Positions 56,701-64,000 of a stretch of DNA of 64,000 nt are shown here, one piece after another. Made by a program: the position numbers and the translations under genes. Positions within the stretch are counted from its first letter, which is position 1. Each line of letters begins with the position of its first letter. The notes under the pieces were generated by a model. The model did no database searches and was not told the DNA's origin. It saw nothing but the letters and a program-made list of their open reading frames with translations. Source of the stretch: a virus; the IMG/VR virus record IMGVR_UViG_3300019776_000693, positions 1-64,000 of that record; one strand, written 5' to 3'.

Positions 56701-57944
56701 CCTGTATATAAAGAAATTGCAATTCCATTTTCATAGAGATTTTCAGGAGCTATATGAGATTGCCATTGAAGAAATTGTCCCATAAGATTAACCACAGGTT
56801 GTAAATTAATCTCTTTTTTAGATGTTATTCCATATTGGTATAGAATATTATTAGCTGTAGCAACTCCTTCCGATTCCTCTACATGTAATGAAATTCTAGC
56901 TAAGTTATCAACAGATGTTTCTGATTTATTTTGTTCAGTAGAATAAACTATAGAAGTATCATTTATAGTATGAACACCTTCTATAAAATACCTAGTTGCA
57001 CCTTCAATATCTGCTGTTTGTATCACAGCTATTTTATAATGTGTATATTTAGTGTCTAGTCCTTCTACATTTAATCGTATTGCAAAACCTGTTCTATCTG
57101 CTAAATTAGGTTGACCTAATATAATATTATTTCTATCAAAAATTGATATAGGGTTAGTTATTGAAAAATACTCTGATATTTCTCTTCCTTCTGCGTCACA
57201 ATATGCTATTAAAAATTCATATACGCCCATCTTTAAATTACCTCCTAATTCAATAGAAGTAGGAACTAATTGAGGAATATTAAATAGTTTAAATATTCTC
57301 ATTTTATCAAAATCAGGGCATAATAGTACAGTATCATCCGAACATACGTTTTCCTGAATAAAATAGTCTTGTATTCTATCTATATTTATATGTCTTGGTG
57401 GATTACCTACATGTGAAAAATATATAGTCTTACCGCATTTTTCATTTTTTATAACAGATTTTTTTATAGGTTGTAATATATTAAAATTAAAACCTTTTTC
57501 AGGCTCATTATTTAATACATGACATTCATCTGATATTTTTGTAGTATAGGTTTGTAATTCTAATTGTTCTAAATTTTCTAAAGGTTCTGCTAATTCTTTT
57601 ATAGAAGCACAATTAGGACAATCTAAAGTAATGTCTGATAAATCATTTATATCTTGATTGTTTTCTACAACTCCAAATTCTCCTATTCCTGTTTCTGGGT
57701 TAACTAAAAAGAAATAAGTATTTGTAGTATCTATATCATTTATAGCATGTATTACTTTAAAGCCCTCTTTAAATTTAGTAGCTAATATGTTTGATTTTTC
57801 ATTTGTAGCATTTAAAGAATTACCAGACTCGTTTTCTATATTACCATTAAGTAAATGTGTATACTCTATTTCTTTTAGCTGACTAGGGTGGCTATCTTTA
57901 TTCATCCCTACTTTACCTAATGATATGTTTTGTTTATTTGCCAT
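50721..57944 (-). CDS. Tail nozzle / stabilisation protein (crAss-like, P22 gp10-like role) with inserted vWA domain
   Basis: GMNKD N-terminus, SPETD, FGGDTFI, WTIAY..W.SFYDFKP conserved blocks; size and position. Confidence 0.72.
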   Translation of the reverse strand: MANKQNISLGKVGMNKDSHPSQLKEIEYTHLLNGNIENESGNSLNATNEKSNILATKFKEGFKVIHAINDIDTTNTYFFLVNPETGIGEFGVVENNQDINDLSDITLDCPNCASIKELAEPLENLEQLELQTYTTKISDECHVLNNEPEKGFNFNILQPIKKSVIKNEKCGKTIYFSHVGNPPRHINIDRIQDYFIQENVCSDDTVLLCPDFDKMRIFKLFNIPQLVPTSIELGGNLKMGVYEFLIAYCDAEGREISEYFSITNPISIFDRNNIILGQPNLADRTGFAIRLNVEGLDTKYTHYKIAVIQTADIEGATRYFIEGVHTINDTSIVYSTEQNKSETSVDNLARISLHVEESEGVATANNILYQYGITSKKEINLQPVVNLMGQFLQWQSHIAPENLYENGIAISLYTGYNREEVVPFGIKFLLDGGYETSIFPFIGRIATEEDLDIVVDEETGEPVDVDNMDITSILANKSDCNSTIRTRRWQYYNDATVEDVPCSTNLETITVTEEINRFCIIEDIATIEEGTVSIELDTEFTNLEDYINDNAGSSEAECSEFYENSTGGNICEALYADYSDIECSDDPFEGLDCESPTIVGTPIIEVAEIRSIIDVEDIIKGKRYRIETVGDTDFTSIGADSNTVGEEFIATLAGTGTGTVSFEGEISTRVPKVFGADYTKIVPPRICNIYKIDSSSGNKETDSVASDILSMTVYKRDSDFIEESCAYAATINENQNPVVNNGASYFNNYYYSSNSLSELKTTKNNSNFDITEDITFESGDSGSVTVNINGNLFSTPFSVSMVVTANSFYTTHKTAIEALTGGILSISSNIVTLTNAITYNIDEIDTTGNLYVKYDAVAWLDKIHKGALWFSGNTNGRTSFILDISKQKIVSPIDSISDKTQTVRMSIFKSCTSTDAIFSEFVDLEQGGIFKLEKSGADLIITKEDGTPYTTITNGWFSNKKFFITIDNRIISSTKYSFVIDGGSGDILSVDENLIWTTTPSKGCYTISTRNLEDKRIDISWSSITLRKKIEYTATCSFEQPIVQACKAVPYKRGNFAYWESQEVYPDNTELYNSSFLSIKEDQIPLSIRDSFKESFATVDIEGNYLWKFDDNGKEIVDFTCRNIRHFKFPDNAKSPFMYDIRQLPFASTVIFPLGVTLNEEIVNSFLDIAESNNLISTQDRQKITGYEIVRGDLTLNRSVLSSGLLYDMREYSEKGKNIKYPNYPFNSYANDKLNQIVQSEFGESNSDYTFHSPETDYFRPTLSTELSVQGYMYGNSRGHFDEVLNHPKYTVLTAKARELAGILAGLEVVAEAAIRTAQTLSATAQSYQIGAGVVVIFNPGGIVTSILAYVADGIANVTKAITDYGRYRYQWLETFRNLGKPHNFAYYYFAEGKYNFLQLEQEEGQKIRSLNISKYLKEGTDRFTNEVTAKRIDINNINRETSVFLSFGDYPLTYPDSYKKYDRDSYTSSLFYSSELGISDSGRSTEIQRNIASPYVALKTYLPQQHGTINTIKWLSTGYRGDLTNPRTDCLSVFGGDTFITRHTLKRKHSQFLVTAMGQADRTPFNYFFYNNIGRNPLFYISYEIDKEFDQNGKVFPDIDSDFNFDNDTKSKFYYRPPSKFYLYYYGIPNFLCETRINTNFRYAEEPYHRQFYPQVGDLGEWTQEKNVPIREKNWFFYNRTYSKQTTPLKLRTLSNSYNKTFNDCKTDFPNGIIASLPDNSENNSYDPWLIYRPLDFFEFPTNYGKLIDVQGIENEAILTRFENTSILYNKVDTTVDDGQNPSRNFLGGSVAFQRRSASFYNAQLGFGGTQNTTSVSCEFGHFHVDAKRGQVIQTQPTGQQMEEISSLIGGKPSGMRNWFKEHLPFKILKNFKDVDVDNNYNGIGISMAWDSRYRRVFITKKDYIPKQDCVLYQNGHFYSNCDNCNDVNGIDAVFIIDKTSSQQPAIDNIKNNIITQIVPAIQAKFGDNYRLGLVAVNDSLFSGVPLFTINVPMSLQNETQFFTEVSSLTAIGGGATPEPTDKALRAVLDNTQRIDNTGTTIGGLTIGEFRPDAAKAIFLITDALPSGLNDAYDITDWNNVINISNDARERGIQIFPFQTSFLQGTDIAPDIPNDILPSLSYVMKYYADQTNGVYNFNSNGVGISGEVVNIIAENIECPLIEVSLEDPDYFQDVSWTIAYSPILGTWMSFYDFKPNYYISHNNYFQSGINSTGEDNGLWSHLLTNKSYQVFYGNKYPFELEIPVKSDLATKKLESVILWTEAKRYHNEYDWAIDYERTFDKSLIWNNMVCSGYLNLIPQKNNFAGNKNYPKTNSDNTQDILISNKDGFKWAYNYFFDRVRNNSKNVPFINYDKNQIEKTIDNSVITFTGNKLLKRLEGDWFLNKFSYSKDSRFSLTFKFAVSNVDV

Positions 57945-57953
57945 TTTTTATAA

Positions 57954-58802
57954 TTACATCGGGAAAAGTTTCTCAAATTTGTTTGTATAACGAATATTAT
58001 TTTTTCTTATTCTTCTGTCCCAATTTCCTAAATTTTCAAATTTTACAGAAGTTTGTGCGAAACCATATAATCTGTCCTCTTCTTGTTTAAAATACTGTAA
58101 TTTATTTATTAAATTTGTATCATCATCATTAGACCACACCATTTCTATAATTTTTCTTTTGCAATATGCTATAAGATATTCTTGTAAATTTCTGTTATCT
58201 GGAATTTCTAAATCATTATCTTCGTTTAAAGGTAATCCATAGTACTGTATATAAATATCACCTTCTTTGAAATTAACTTGTACTTTTTCCCCCACTATAT
58301 TAAATTCATAGGGACTTTTATGTATTTTTAAATTTGGGCAAACATTAGAAATAAACTCTCTTTTTAATCCTTTTACAGGTTTCATTAAAATAGGATTAGA
58401 ATATCTAAATGTAACTGAAGCATCATTAAATAATAACTTTTCTTCAATACATTTAAAGTCTACACCTTTATGAGAATTTGATTGGTTATCCCATTCATAA
58501 GTATTTTCTAATCTTTGGGTATAAAAATAAGAAGATTGAAAATGTGTTTTGTCCCCTTTTTCAAAACAATGTGATTCAGGAGTACATTTTACAGCAAAAT
58601 ATAAATTAAAAAAATTTTCAGGTAATTCTGCTATACCATTTTCAACTCTTAATACTTTTTCAGTGAGTTGCATAACATTATTACCAAACCTTTTTATTTC
58701 GTTTTTTATCCATCTGTTTAATGACCTGTAGTCGATTAAACCTGATTCGTCATATTTTTTAAATTCTGTTAATATCTCAGCTATTAGTTCTCTTCTAGTC
58801 AT
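57954..58802 (-). CDS. Tail ring / tubular protein
   Basis: Position upstream of nozzle; IYIQYYGLP..EIPD pattern. Confidence 0.55.
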   Translation of the reverse strand: MTRRELIAEILTEFKKYDESGLIDYRSLNRWIKNEIKRFGNNVMQLTEKVLRVENGIAELPENFFNLYFAVKCTPESHCFEKGDKTHFQSSYFYTQRLENTYEWDNQSNSHKGVDFKCIEEKLLFNDASVTFRYSNPILMKPVKGLKREFISNVCPNLKIHKSPYEFNIVGEKVQVNFKEGDIYIQYYGLPLNEDNDLEIPDNRNLQEYLIAYCKRKIIEMVWSNDDDTNLINKLQYFKQEEDRLYGFAQTSVKFENLGNWDRRIRKNNIRYTNKFEKLFPM

Positions 58803-58804
58803 TT

Positions 58805-59305
58805 TTATTTTTTACGTTTTTTCTTATTATTGTAATAAAATAAAGAAGGATTAAACATATAAGCATAACCATTTCTCAGATTTTCAGTTAATCTTTTTTT
58901 CATTACTTTTGTAAATGCCAAATCCATACTATATGTTCGTTCTATTGTAGTGTATGAAATAGGTACGAATGATAGATAATATACATCTCCATCTGTATTA
59001 AATCTACCCATATATTCTCTTAAGTATGCTATTTTTTTTGCGGGAGTCTCTACATGTTTACAAACTCCAAAATATCCTAATCTGTCGATGTAAATTCCTC
59101 CTAAATTATCTGCTAAATGCTTTTCAGCAATTCTATAAAATTCTGTTAGTATCTTACCATAATCAACAAAATCCTTCACATCTCTCCTATTATTATGTTC
59201 AGAATGTTTTTTATAAAATACGTAAGCTTTATGGTCTATAGTAGAGAAGGTTTTTAAATTTGGAGCTGTTTTTCTACCCTCCATTTCAAACATTCTACTT
59301 CTCAT
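58805..59305 (-). CDS. IHF/HU-like DNA-binding protein
   Basis: ILTEFYRIAEKHL...IYIDRLGYFGVCK resembles the HU/IHF core; basic tail; same position as in crAss-like tail modules. Confidence 0.5.
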   Translation of the reverse strand: MRSRMFEMEGRKTAPNLKTFSTIDHKAYVFYKKHSEHNNRRDVKDFVDYGKILTEFYRIAEKHLADNLGGIYIDRLGYFGVCKHVETPAKKIAYLREYMGRFNTDGDVYYLSFVPISYTTIERTYSMDLAFTKVMKKRLTENLRNGYAYMFNPSLFYYNNKKKRKK

Positions 59306-59957
59306 TTGAATTTAAATTTGGGTTTTCATCGACAGGTATATTCTTTTTTATAGATATAAAATTTACAGCTTCAGCCACAGCAATTTTTAACAGTTTATCT
59401 GGGCATTTAAATTCGTATTCCCATAAAGATTTACAATCACAATTTTTATCACAATCCACTATGTTTTCTTCTTCTAAGGTTATCAAGTATAAATTTACTC
59501 TACTTACTTTCGTATCCAATAAATATAAATAACCGTCTTTTACATAATAGTCAACATAATCTGATTTTCCTCTTAAACTGTCTCTTCTATATTGTGATGG
59601 TGTCGTTGCTTTAAATTCTGTCTCATCATCTAAAGATGTTATTTCTTTTATAGAATTTCCTAATTTTGAAGATATTAATTTTGGTAATTTGTTAACTGAC
59701 CTCATTATCCTTTTTGCGCGACGAAACTCGATAATATCACATTTAACTACGTCAAAAGGCTCTAAAGCAAAACAATTTATAACAGTGTATATATTATCTT
59801 CTCTATGTAAAGAGCCTTCTGATAATTTTTGCGATATTAAAAATTCTGCCTCTTTTCGCAAAACATTTAAAACATATCGCCTTGGTAATATATTATCTTT
59901 ATTAATAGAGTTAAAACTATTCATAACTCTACTAACAACTTCTGCATTAGTATTCAT
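59295..59957 (-). CDS. Tail ring / tubular protein
   Basis: YYVKDGYLYL, EFKCPD motifs; probable start MNTNAE at 59957. Confidence 0.5.
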   Translation of the reverse strand: MNTNAEVVSRVMNSFNSINKDNILPRRYVLNVLRKEAEFLISQKLSEGSLHREDNIYTVINCFALEPFDVVKCDIIEFRRAKRIMRSVNKLPKLISSKLGNSIKEITSLDDETEFKATTPSQYRRDSLRGKSDYVDYYVKDGYLYLLDTKVSRVNLYLITLEEENIVDCDKNCDCKSLWEYEFKCPDKLLKIAVAEAVNFISIKKNIPVDENPNLNSNEK

Positions 59958-59975
59958 TCTAATAAAATTTAACCA

Positions 59976-59983
59976 CAAAAGTA
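59976..59983 (-). promoter_or_regulatory. Bacteroidota -7 promoter element
   Basis: TACTTTTG on - strand, 18 nt before probable start. Confidence 0.5.
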
Positions 59984-60013
59984 ATTAAAAAACAACAAAA
60001 TTAAAAATTAGTT

Positions 60014-60043
60014 AAAAAGAAAAAGGTGACAAAATTGCCACCT
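60014..60043 (-). terminator. Intrinsic terminator
   Basis: AGGTGGCA/TGTCACCT stem (one G-U) plus T-tract on - strand. Confidence 0.7.
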
Positions 60044-60076
60044 CCTTCAAACAGAAAAATAGGTAAAACCAAAAAC

Positions 60077-61987
60077 CTATATTAAAATATCTCTTACAAT
60101 TAAATCTGCTGTTCCTGTTCCTGTTCCTACCCCTGTGGCTGTAAAATATAAACCGACAGTATTTGCAGAAGCTCCTATTAAAGTGAAATCAGTTGTTCCT
60201 ATCGAAGATATTTTATATTCAACTGTAGGTACAAAACTACCTGCTGTAATTACTTTTCTATTTATAAAGGCACTTCCTGTAAATAATCCATCTGCTTGTG
60301 CTGCATTTTTAGAAGAGTATAAAGGTAAAGTTTCAATTACTTGAGAGCCTAATTCATTAACAGAATTAGTTGAAATTACCATTTCATTAACATCAAACAT
60401 ACTTGTTAAAGTACCACCTATTGTTGAATTTTTTAATTCTATAGGTTGGGGATTTGAGGTAGAAGATAATATAAATTTATTAGTTAAAAAAAGTAGATTT
60501 GTATTTACATTAACTCCTGAAAACGTTATAAATTCTGTTGCTGATACATTATTTAGAAAATTATTTGAATTTCCTCTAAATTCTGTATTTCTTATTATTA
60601 TATTTATATCACTACTGTTTAACTCTTCTACTTTAAATACTGTATCTACTATATTTGATAAACTGTCTATTTGTATTAAACCATTACAACTTAACATTTG
60701 TATTTCTCCACCCTTAAAGTCGAAAGGTACTGTTGCTGTATTCATTGTTAATGTTATTGGGCTACAAAATTGAAAATTTACATTTTCAAATAATAAAGCT
60801 CCGTCTCCGCCCTTCATTACAAATGGAGAATTATGTGATATAACATTAATACTGTTTACTGAAAATAAGGCGGCTGATGGATTTCCGTAACCTACTGTAG
60901 AAGTATAGTTTGATTCAAAAATAGTTTTTATAGAAGGTGAACCTGTTGAATCTGCTAAAGCTGTTATAGTTCCTGTTCCTTTTATACGAAGTATTTTATA
61001 GTAAGAACTATATATACCTGTTGTTCCATCATTTATAAATCCCTTTTTTGTCAGAGCTATATTAGAATTCTCATTTAATATTATAGTACTATCTATGTTA
61101 TCAAGTACGTTCAAAGAATTAAAATCTAATAAATAATTTCCAGAGGAAGGGTTTGAATTTATAACTGTTCCAGTTTCTAACTCTAATATAAAATTATTAT
61201 AATTTAAATTTCCTGTGTATACATAATCTGTACTTGCTCTTGTTATAAAAATAATAGCATTGGCAAATTCTGGATTAGTTACAGAACCTGTTCCTACAAA
61301 TGCAGTAAATGCATTTTCAATAGTTTTAAAAGGCTTGCTTACTGTTCCTAATTCTTCTACACCTGCATAATCTTTATTTACAATAAATCTTTGTATTTCT
61401 GAAGACTCTGGAGATTCTATACTTATTTCAGTATCTGTTGATGATATCATTAACGTATTTGATTTTATTGTTTTAAATTCAAATGTTGTAATATCTCCTA
61501 CAGGAGCAGATACAGGCTCTATTGCTATTTCTTCACCTGTGCCTAAATTATTTAATGTATATTCTTTTTGATTGTCTTCTATAAAATCATTTAATGCGTC
61601 TTCGTCTATTCCTAATGATATATCATTAGGGTTTTGAGTTATTGTAATTATATCAGAACTTGAATTAATTTTTCTTATTTTTTTCTCTCCAAGTAAATTA
61701 TCTCCTGCATAAATTTCAGCTCCTGTTCCTATATTAATTAACCTAAGATATTTTTTTACTTCTTCTATTGCACCACAAAAATATGAAACAATTAATTGTA
61801 AAGCATTTGATAGTATTGTATTAGTAGGTACTATTACTGTTTCTCCGCAAGATATTTCTTCTTTATTATAAAGTACACAATCAGTTGATAAATCAACTAT
61901 TGGGCATTCACAAGGTTCTGGAGTTTGACATTGATTGCAGATATTTTGTTCACATCCACAATTATTATTACATGAGGCACAAGACAT
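60077..61987 (-). CDS. Tail spike/fibre protein with Cys-rich N-terminus and probable beta-helix
   Basis: MSCASC..C.C; STDCVLY; GTVSKPFKTIENA beta-helix cap motif; C-terminal GTTDFT module. Confidence 0.6.
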   Translation of the reverse strand: MSCASCNNNCGCEQNICNQCQTPEPCECPIVDLSTDCVLYNKEEISCGETVIVPTNTILSNALQLIVSYFCGAIEEVKKYLRLINIGTGAEIYAGDNLLGEKKIRKINSSSDIITITQNPNDISLGIDEDALNDFIEDNQKEYTLNNLGTGEEIAIEPVSAPVGDITTFEFKTIKSNTLMISSTDTEISIESPESSEIQRFIVNKDYAGVEELGTVSKPFKTIENAFTAFVGTGSVTNPEFANAIIFITRASTDYVYTGNLNYNNFILELETGTVINSNPSSGNYLLDFNSLNVLDNIDSTIILNENSNIALTKKGFINDGTTGIYSSYYKILRIKGTGTITALADSTGSPSIKTIFESNYTSTVGYGNPSAALFSVNSINVISHNSPFVMKGGDGALLFENVNFQFCSPITLTMNTATVPFDFKGGEIQMLSCNGLIQIDSLSNIVDTVFKVEELNSSDINIIIRNTEFRGNSNNFLNNVSATEFITFSGVNVNTNLLFLTNKFILSSTSNPQPIELKNSTIGGTLTSMFDVNEMVISTNSVNELGSQVIETLPLYSSKNAAQADGLFTGSAFINRKVITAGSFVPTVEYKISSIGTTDFTLIGASANTVGLYFTATGVGTGTGTADLIVRDILI

Positions 61988-61989
61988 AT

Positions 61990-62217
61990 TTATGGTAAAT
62001 TATCAATTTGTTGTTGTAGATTTTCTAAAGTAGCTTTCATATTTAAAAAGGCAGTGTATATTGCCATATTTATCTCTTCTTGTGTTGAATCTGCTTCTAT
62101 ACCTAACTCAGCATATACGTTTTCATCATAAATACACTTAGTACTATATTGTTTTCCGTCACACGGGTCATTTTCTAGTGGTGGTATATTAATACCTGAT
62201 TGACATTTTATAGGCAT
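61990..62217 (-). CDS. Small structural protein
   Basis: STKCIY motif shared with its neighbours; C-terminal coiled coil. Confidence 0.5.
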   Translation of the reverse strand: MPIKCQSGINIPPLENDPCDGKQYSTKCIYDENVYAELGIEADSTQEEINMAIYTAFLNMKATLENLQQQIDNLP

Positions 62218-62228
62218 ATTATTTTATT

Positions 62229-62651
62229 TTAAGGTATATCATTATTTATTAATAATTGTAATAATTGTCCATAAGTTGTGATAGGGTCTCCACAATTATC
62301 TACTAATCCTGTAACATCTACACAATCACCTAAAGGTGCATTACAAAGAGGTCTGTTTTTTAATTCTTCAATTTCTGTTTTAAGTTGACATATCTCTTCT
62401 TCATATTTTAATAAAACTATCTTTACTTTTATTCTTCCGTCTTCTGTAGTATAATTAAGACAATTTTGACCTAACTCTGATAAATTTATATCTTCTAGTT
62501 GTGCGTATATATCTTGAGTAGTTTCTTCTATACTTTTACATGCTTCAGAGTCTAAAGAAGAATTTGTATTTACATCTCCTTCAAATTCTATACAATCAGC
62601 AGGAGTTGTTTTTTCACATGTAAATTTTAATTTATTTTTACAATTTTTCAT
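62229..62651 (-). CDS. Cys-rich structural protein
   Basis: TPADCIEF motif; multiple Cys. Confidence 0.5.
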   Translation of the reverse strand: MKNCKNKLKFTCEKTTPADCIEFEGDVNTNSSLDSEACKSIEETTQDIYAQLEDINLSELGQNCLNYTTEDGRIKVKIVLLKYEEEICQLKTEIEELKNRPLCNAPLGDCVDVTGLVDNCGDPITTYGQLLQLLINNDIP

Positions 62652-62663
62652 TTTGTTCTATTA

Positions 62664-62915
62664 TTATAATTCTTCTTTAATTTTCTTATCTATCCACTTA
62701 ATAGATTTACAATCATTTGAATCTAATGCTTCTTGATATAAATAAGCATGTATGAATAAATTTTCATTGTAACCATTTTGTATTGCAAAATTTTCTTGCA
62801 TAAAAAATAAATCTGCTTGATTAAGCATTGTTTTTTGCGCTTTTTCAAACAGAGTTATTTGATTATAATTTCTTAGTTTTTCTTGACCTGCCATATTATT
62901 TATTATAATTATCAA
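62664..62915 (-). CDS. Hypothetical structural protein
   Basis: ORF in structural run. Confidence 0.5.
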   Translation of the reverse strand: MIIIINNMAGQEKLRNYNQITLFEKAQKTMLNQADLFFMQENFAIQNGYNENLFIHAYLYQEALDSNDCKSIKWIDKKIKEEL

Positions 62916-63423
62916 GCATCTCTCTAGCCTCTAAGAAAAAATTTTGAGCTTTAGCAAAATCTCCTTCTGAAGCATGAGCTTTAGCAACTAATAATATTGC
63001 TTTTATTTTTATAATATAATTTAAAAATGCCTCGTCTCTTTTAAATTCAAATCCATACTTTACAAGAGTTTTATTATATTCTCTTTCAAATAAATCTGTT
63101 TTTAGGTAGAATGACTCTTTTTCAATATTTTCAAATGATGATTTAACGCAAACTGTATAAATCCCATCTGGTAAATCTAAATATACTTCTTCCTGACAAT
63201 TTCCTTTTAAACAACTTATTCCTAAATTGTGAGAATTAAAAGCGTTTAAATTATGTTTTTTAAAAATAAAAGTTTTCTTTTTCTTTGAACCAGGTAATTG
63301 TATTGTTATATAAGCAGGTTTATCTTCGGCATAAATCCAATCAGACATATCTCCTATAACTATATGTGTTGTTTTTCTTGAGAAAATATCAAAATCTATT
63401 TTTATTTCACCTACTACTTCCAT
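62896..63423 (-). CDS. Structural protein (crAss-like tail region)
   Basis: DLPDGIY motif; position. Confidence 0.5.
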   Translation of the reverse strand: MEVVGEIKIDFDIFSRKTTHIVIGDMSDWIYAEDKPAYITIQLPGSKKKKTFIFKKHNLNAFNSHNLGISCLKGNCQEEVYLDLPDGIYTVCVKSSFENIEKESFYLKTDLFEREYNKTLVKYGFEFKRDEAFLNYIIKIKAILLVAKAHASEGDFAKAQNFFLEAREMLDNYNK

Positions 63424-63426
63424 TTT

Positions 63427-63879
63427 TTAATTATATATTCTTATTTCTATAAAATGATTACCTAATAAATCATTGGATTTTGCATAAACTCCCTCCTCTA
63501 ATACATAAGATTCAATAGCAACCTCACTACCTCCAAAAAAATCTATATTGATTTTTTGACTTCCATCAGAATATCCAGAAGTCTGAGTTAAAAGTCCTAT
63601 TTTTTCCGTATCAAAATCCGTAGATTTTGCGACATGGTAATTTCCAATATCATCATAAAACCATGTGAAAACTTCTCCTGTAGTATTTTCCAATACTACT
63701 GCTGTTGGTGCACTTGTTCCTGTTTGTGTAAGTAGTGCGGAGTATACTTTGTAGCTTGGTTGATATACATTTAAATTTAATTTTCTAAGAGCTTCAGCTA
63801 CCATTTTTGGAAGATTAAAGAATCTTGAGGCTGATATTTTTGATATTAATTCTGTTATTGTTAAGTTTGAATAATCCAT
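63427..63879 (-). CDS. Structural / decoration protein
   Basis: YKVYSALLTQTGTSAPTAVVLENT motif. Confidence 0.5.
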   Translation of the reverse strand: MDYSNLTITELISKISASRFFNLPKMVAEALRKLNLNVYQPSYKVYSALLTQTGTSAPTAVVLENTTGEVFTWFYDDIGNYHVAKSTDFDTEKIGLLTQTSGYSDGSQKINIDFFGGSEVAIESYVLEEGVYAKSNDLLGNHFIEIRIYN

Positions 63880-64000
63880 TTATATTTTTAAGTATTAATA
63901 TTAAATTTAAGCTTTTTTTAACCTTTCCGCGTAATTAAATTTTTTATACTGTGCACCATTATAATAGTATGCAAAAGTATCCCAATCTCCTTTCTGTAAA

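Larger units (their letters stand above)
11..62842. repeat. Dispersed ~27-bp motif family (TCTG-T5/6-N3/4-T5/6-GCGCG/GCGG)
   Basis: About 25-30 degenerate copies found by eye in both orientations; see findings. Confidence 0.7.

Noticed and set aside
55960-60250. Diversity-generating retroelement template/variable repeat pair
   Set aside because: The two GTTDFT modules differ at all nucleotide types, not only adenines, and no reverse transcriptase is present.
1954-60344. Short antisense or alternate-frame ORFs in the track (e.g. 1954..2208, 8447..8632, 26293..26532, 31112..31318, 43661..44023, 59689..59988)
   Set aside because: They lie opposite or inside longer well-supported genes and have shadow-ORF composition with no motifs.
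1-64000. Genome-wide stop-codon reassignment (TAG=Gln or TGA=Trp) as in some crAss-like phages
   Set aside because: Large genes are intact in code 11, and TGA/TAG serve as normal stops with typical ATGA overlaps; only one suspicious TGA (21581).
1-64000. CRISPR or other tandem guide-like arrays, and tRNA genes
   Set aside because: No regularly spaced direct repeats or cloverleaf structures found by eye; intergenic spaces are short. A tRNAscan/CRISPR-finder run would confirm.

Overview
This window is a 64 kb segment of a strongly AT-rich tailed phage of Bacteroidota (Flavobacteriia-like host). Its organisation resembles crAss-related podoviruses; the family assignment is inferred from gene content only, with no database search. 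It has two convergent arms that meet at a bidirectional hairpin near 26.17 kb. The + strand arm (1-26.1 kb) holds replication and nucleotide-metabolism genes: ThyA, DnaB-like helicase, family B DNA polymerase, AEP-like primase, MazG-like, HD, NUDIX, metallophosphoesterase, DNA methyltransferase and a CX5R phosphatase. It also holds four free-standing endonucleases and many small ORFs. The - strand arm (26.2-64 kb) holds virion genes: fibre-like proteins, giant internal/ejection proteins, a lambda-type lysozyme, a 2407-aa tail nozzle/stabilisation protein, ring proteins and an IHF/HU-like protein. Host-type Bacteroidota promoters (TTG-N19/20-TAnnTTTG) occur on both arms. I saw no tRNA, CRISPR array, reverse transcriptase, integrase or recognisable virion RNA polymerase motif. 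The three strongest unexplained signals are: (1) a ~100-nt two-hairpin, loop-loop complementary leader, unrelated in sequence but identical in architecture, between promoter and start codon of two unrelated endonucleases (HNH-AP2 and GIY-YIG); (2) a dispersed ~27-bp DNA motif of two phased T-tracts plus a GCGCG/GCGG core, in both orientations, which overrides coding sequence and sits just downstream of several promoters; (3) a fossil Prim-Pol 5' end fused to an RHH tail in front of an HNH gene and a different primase.
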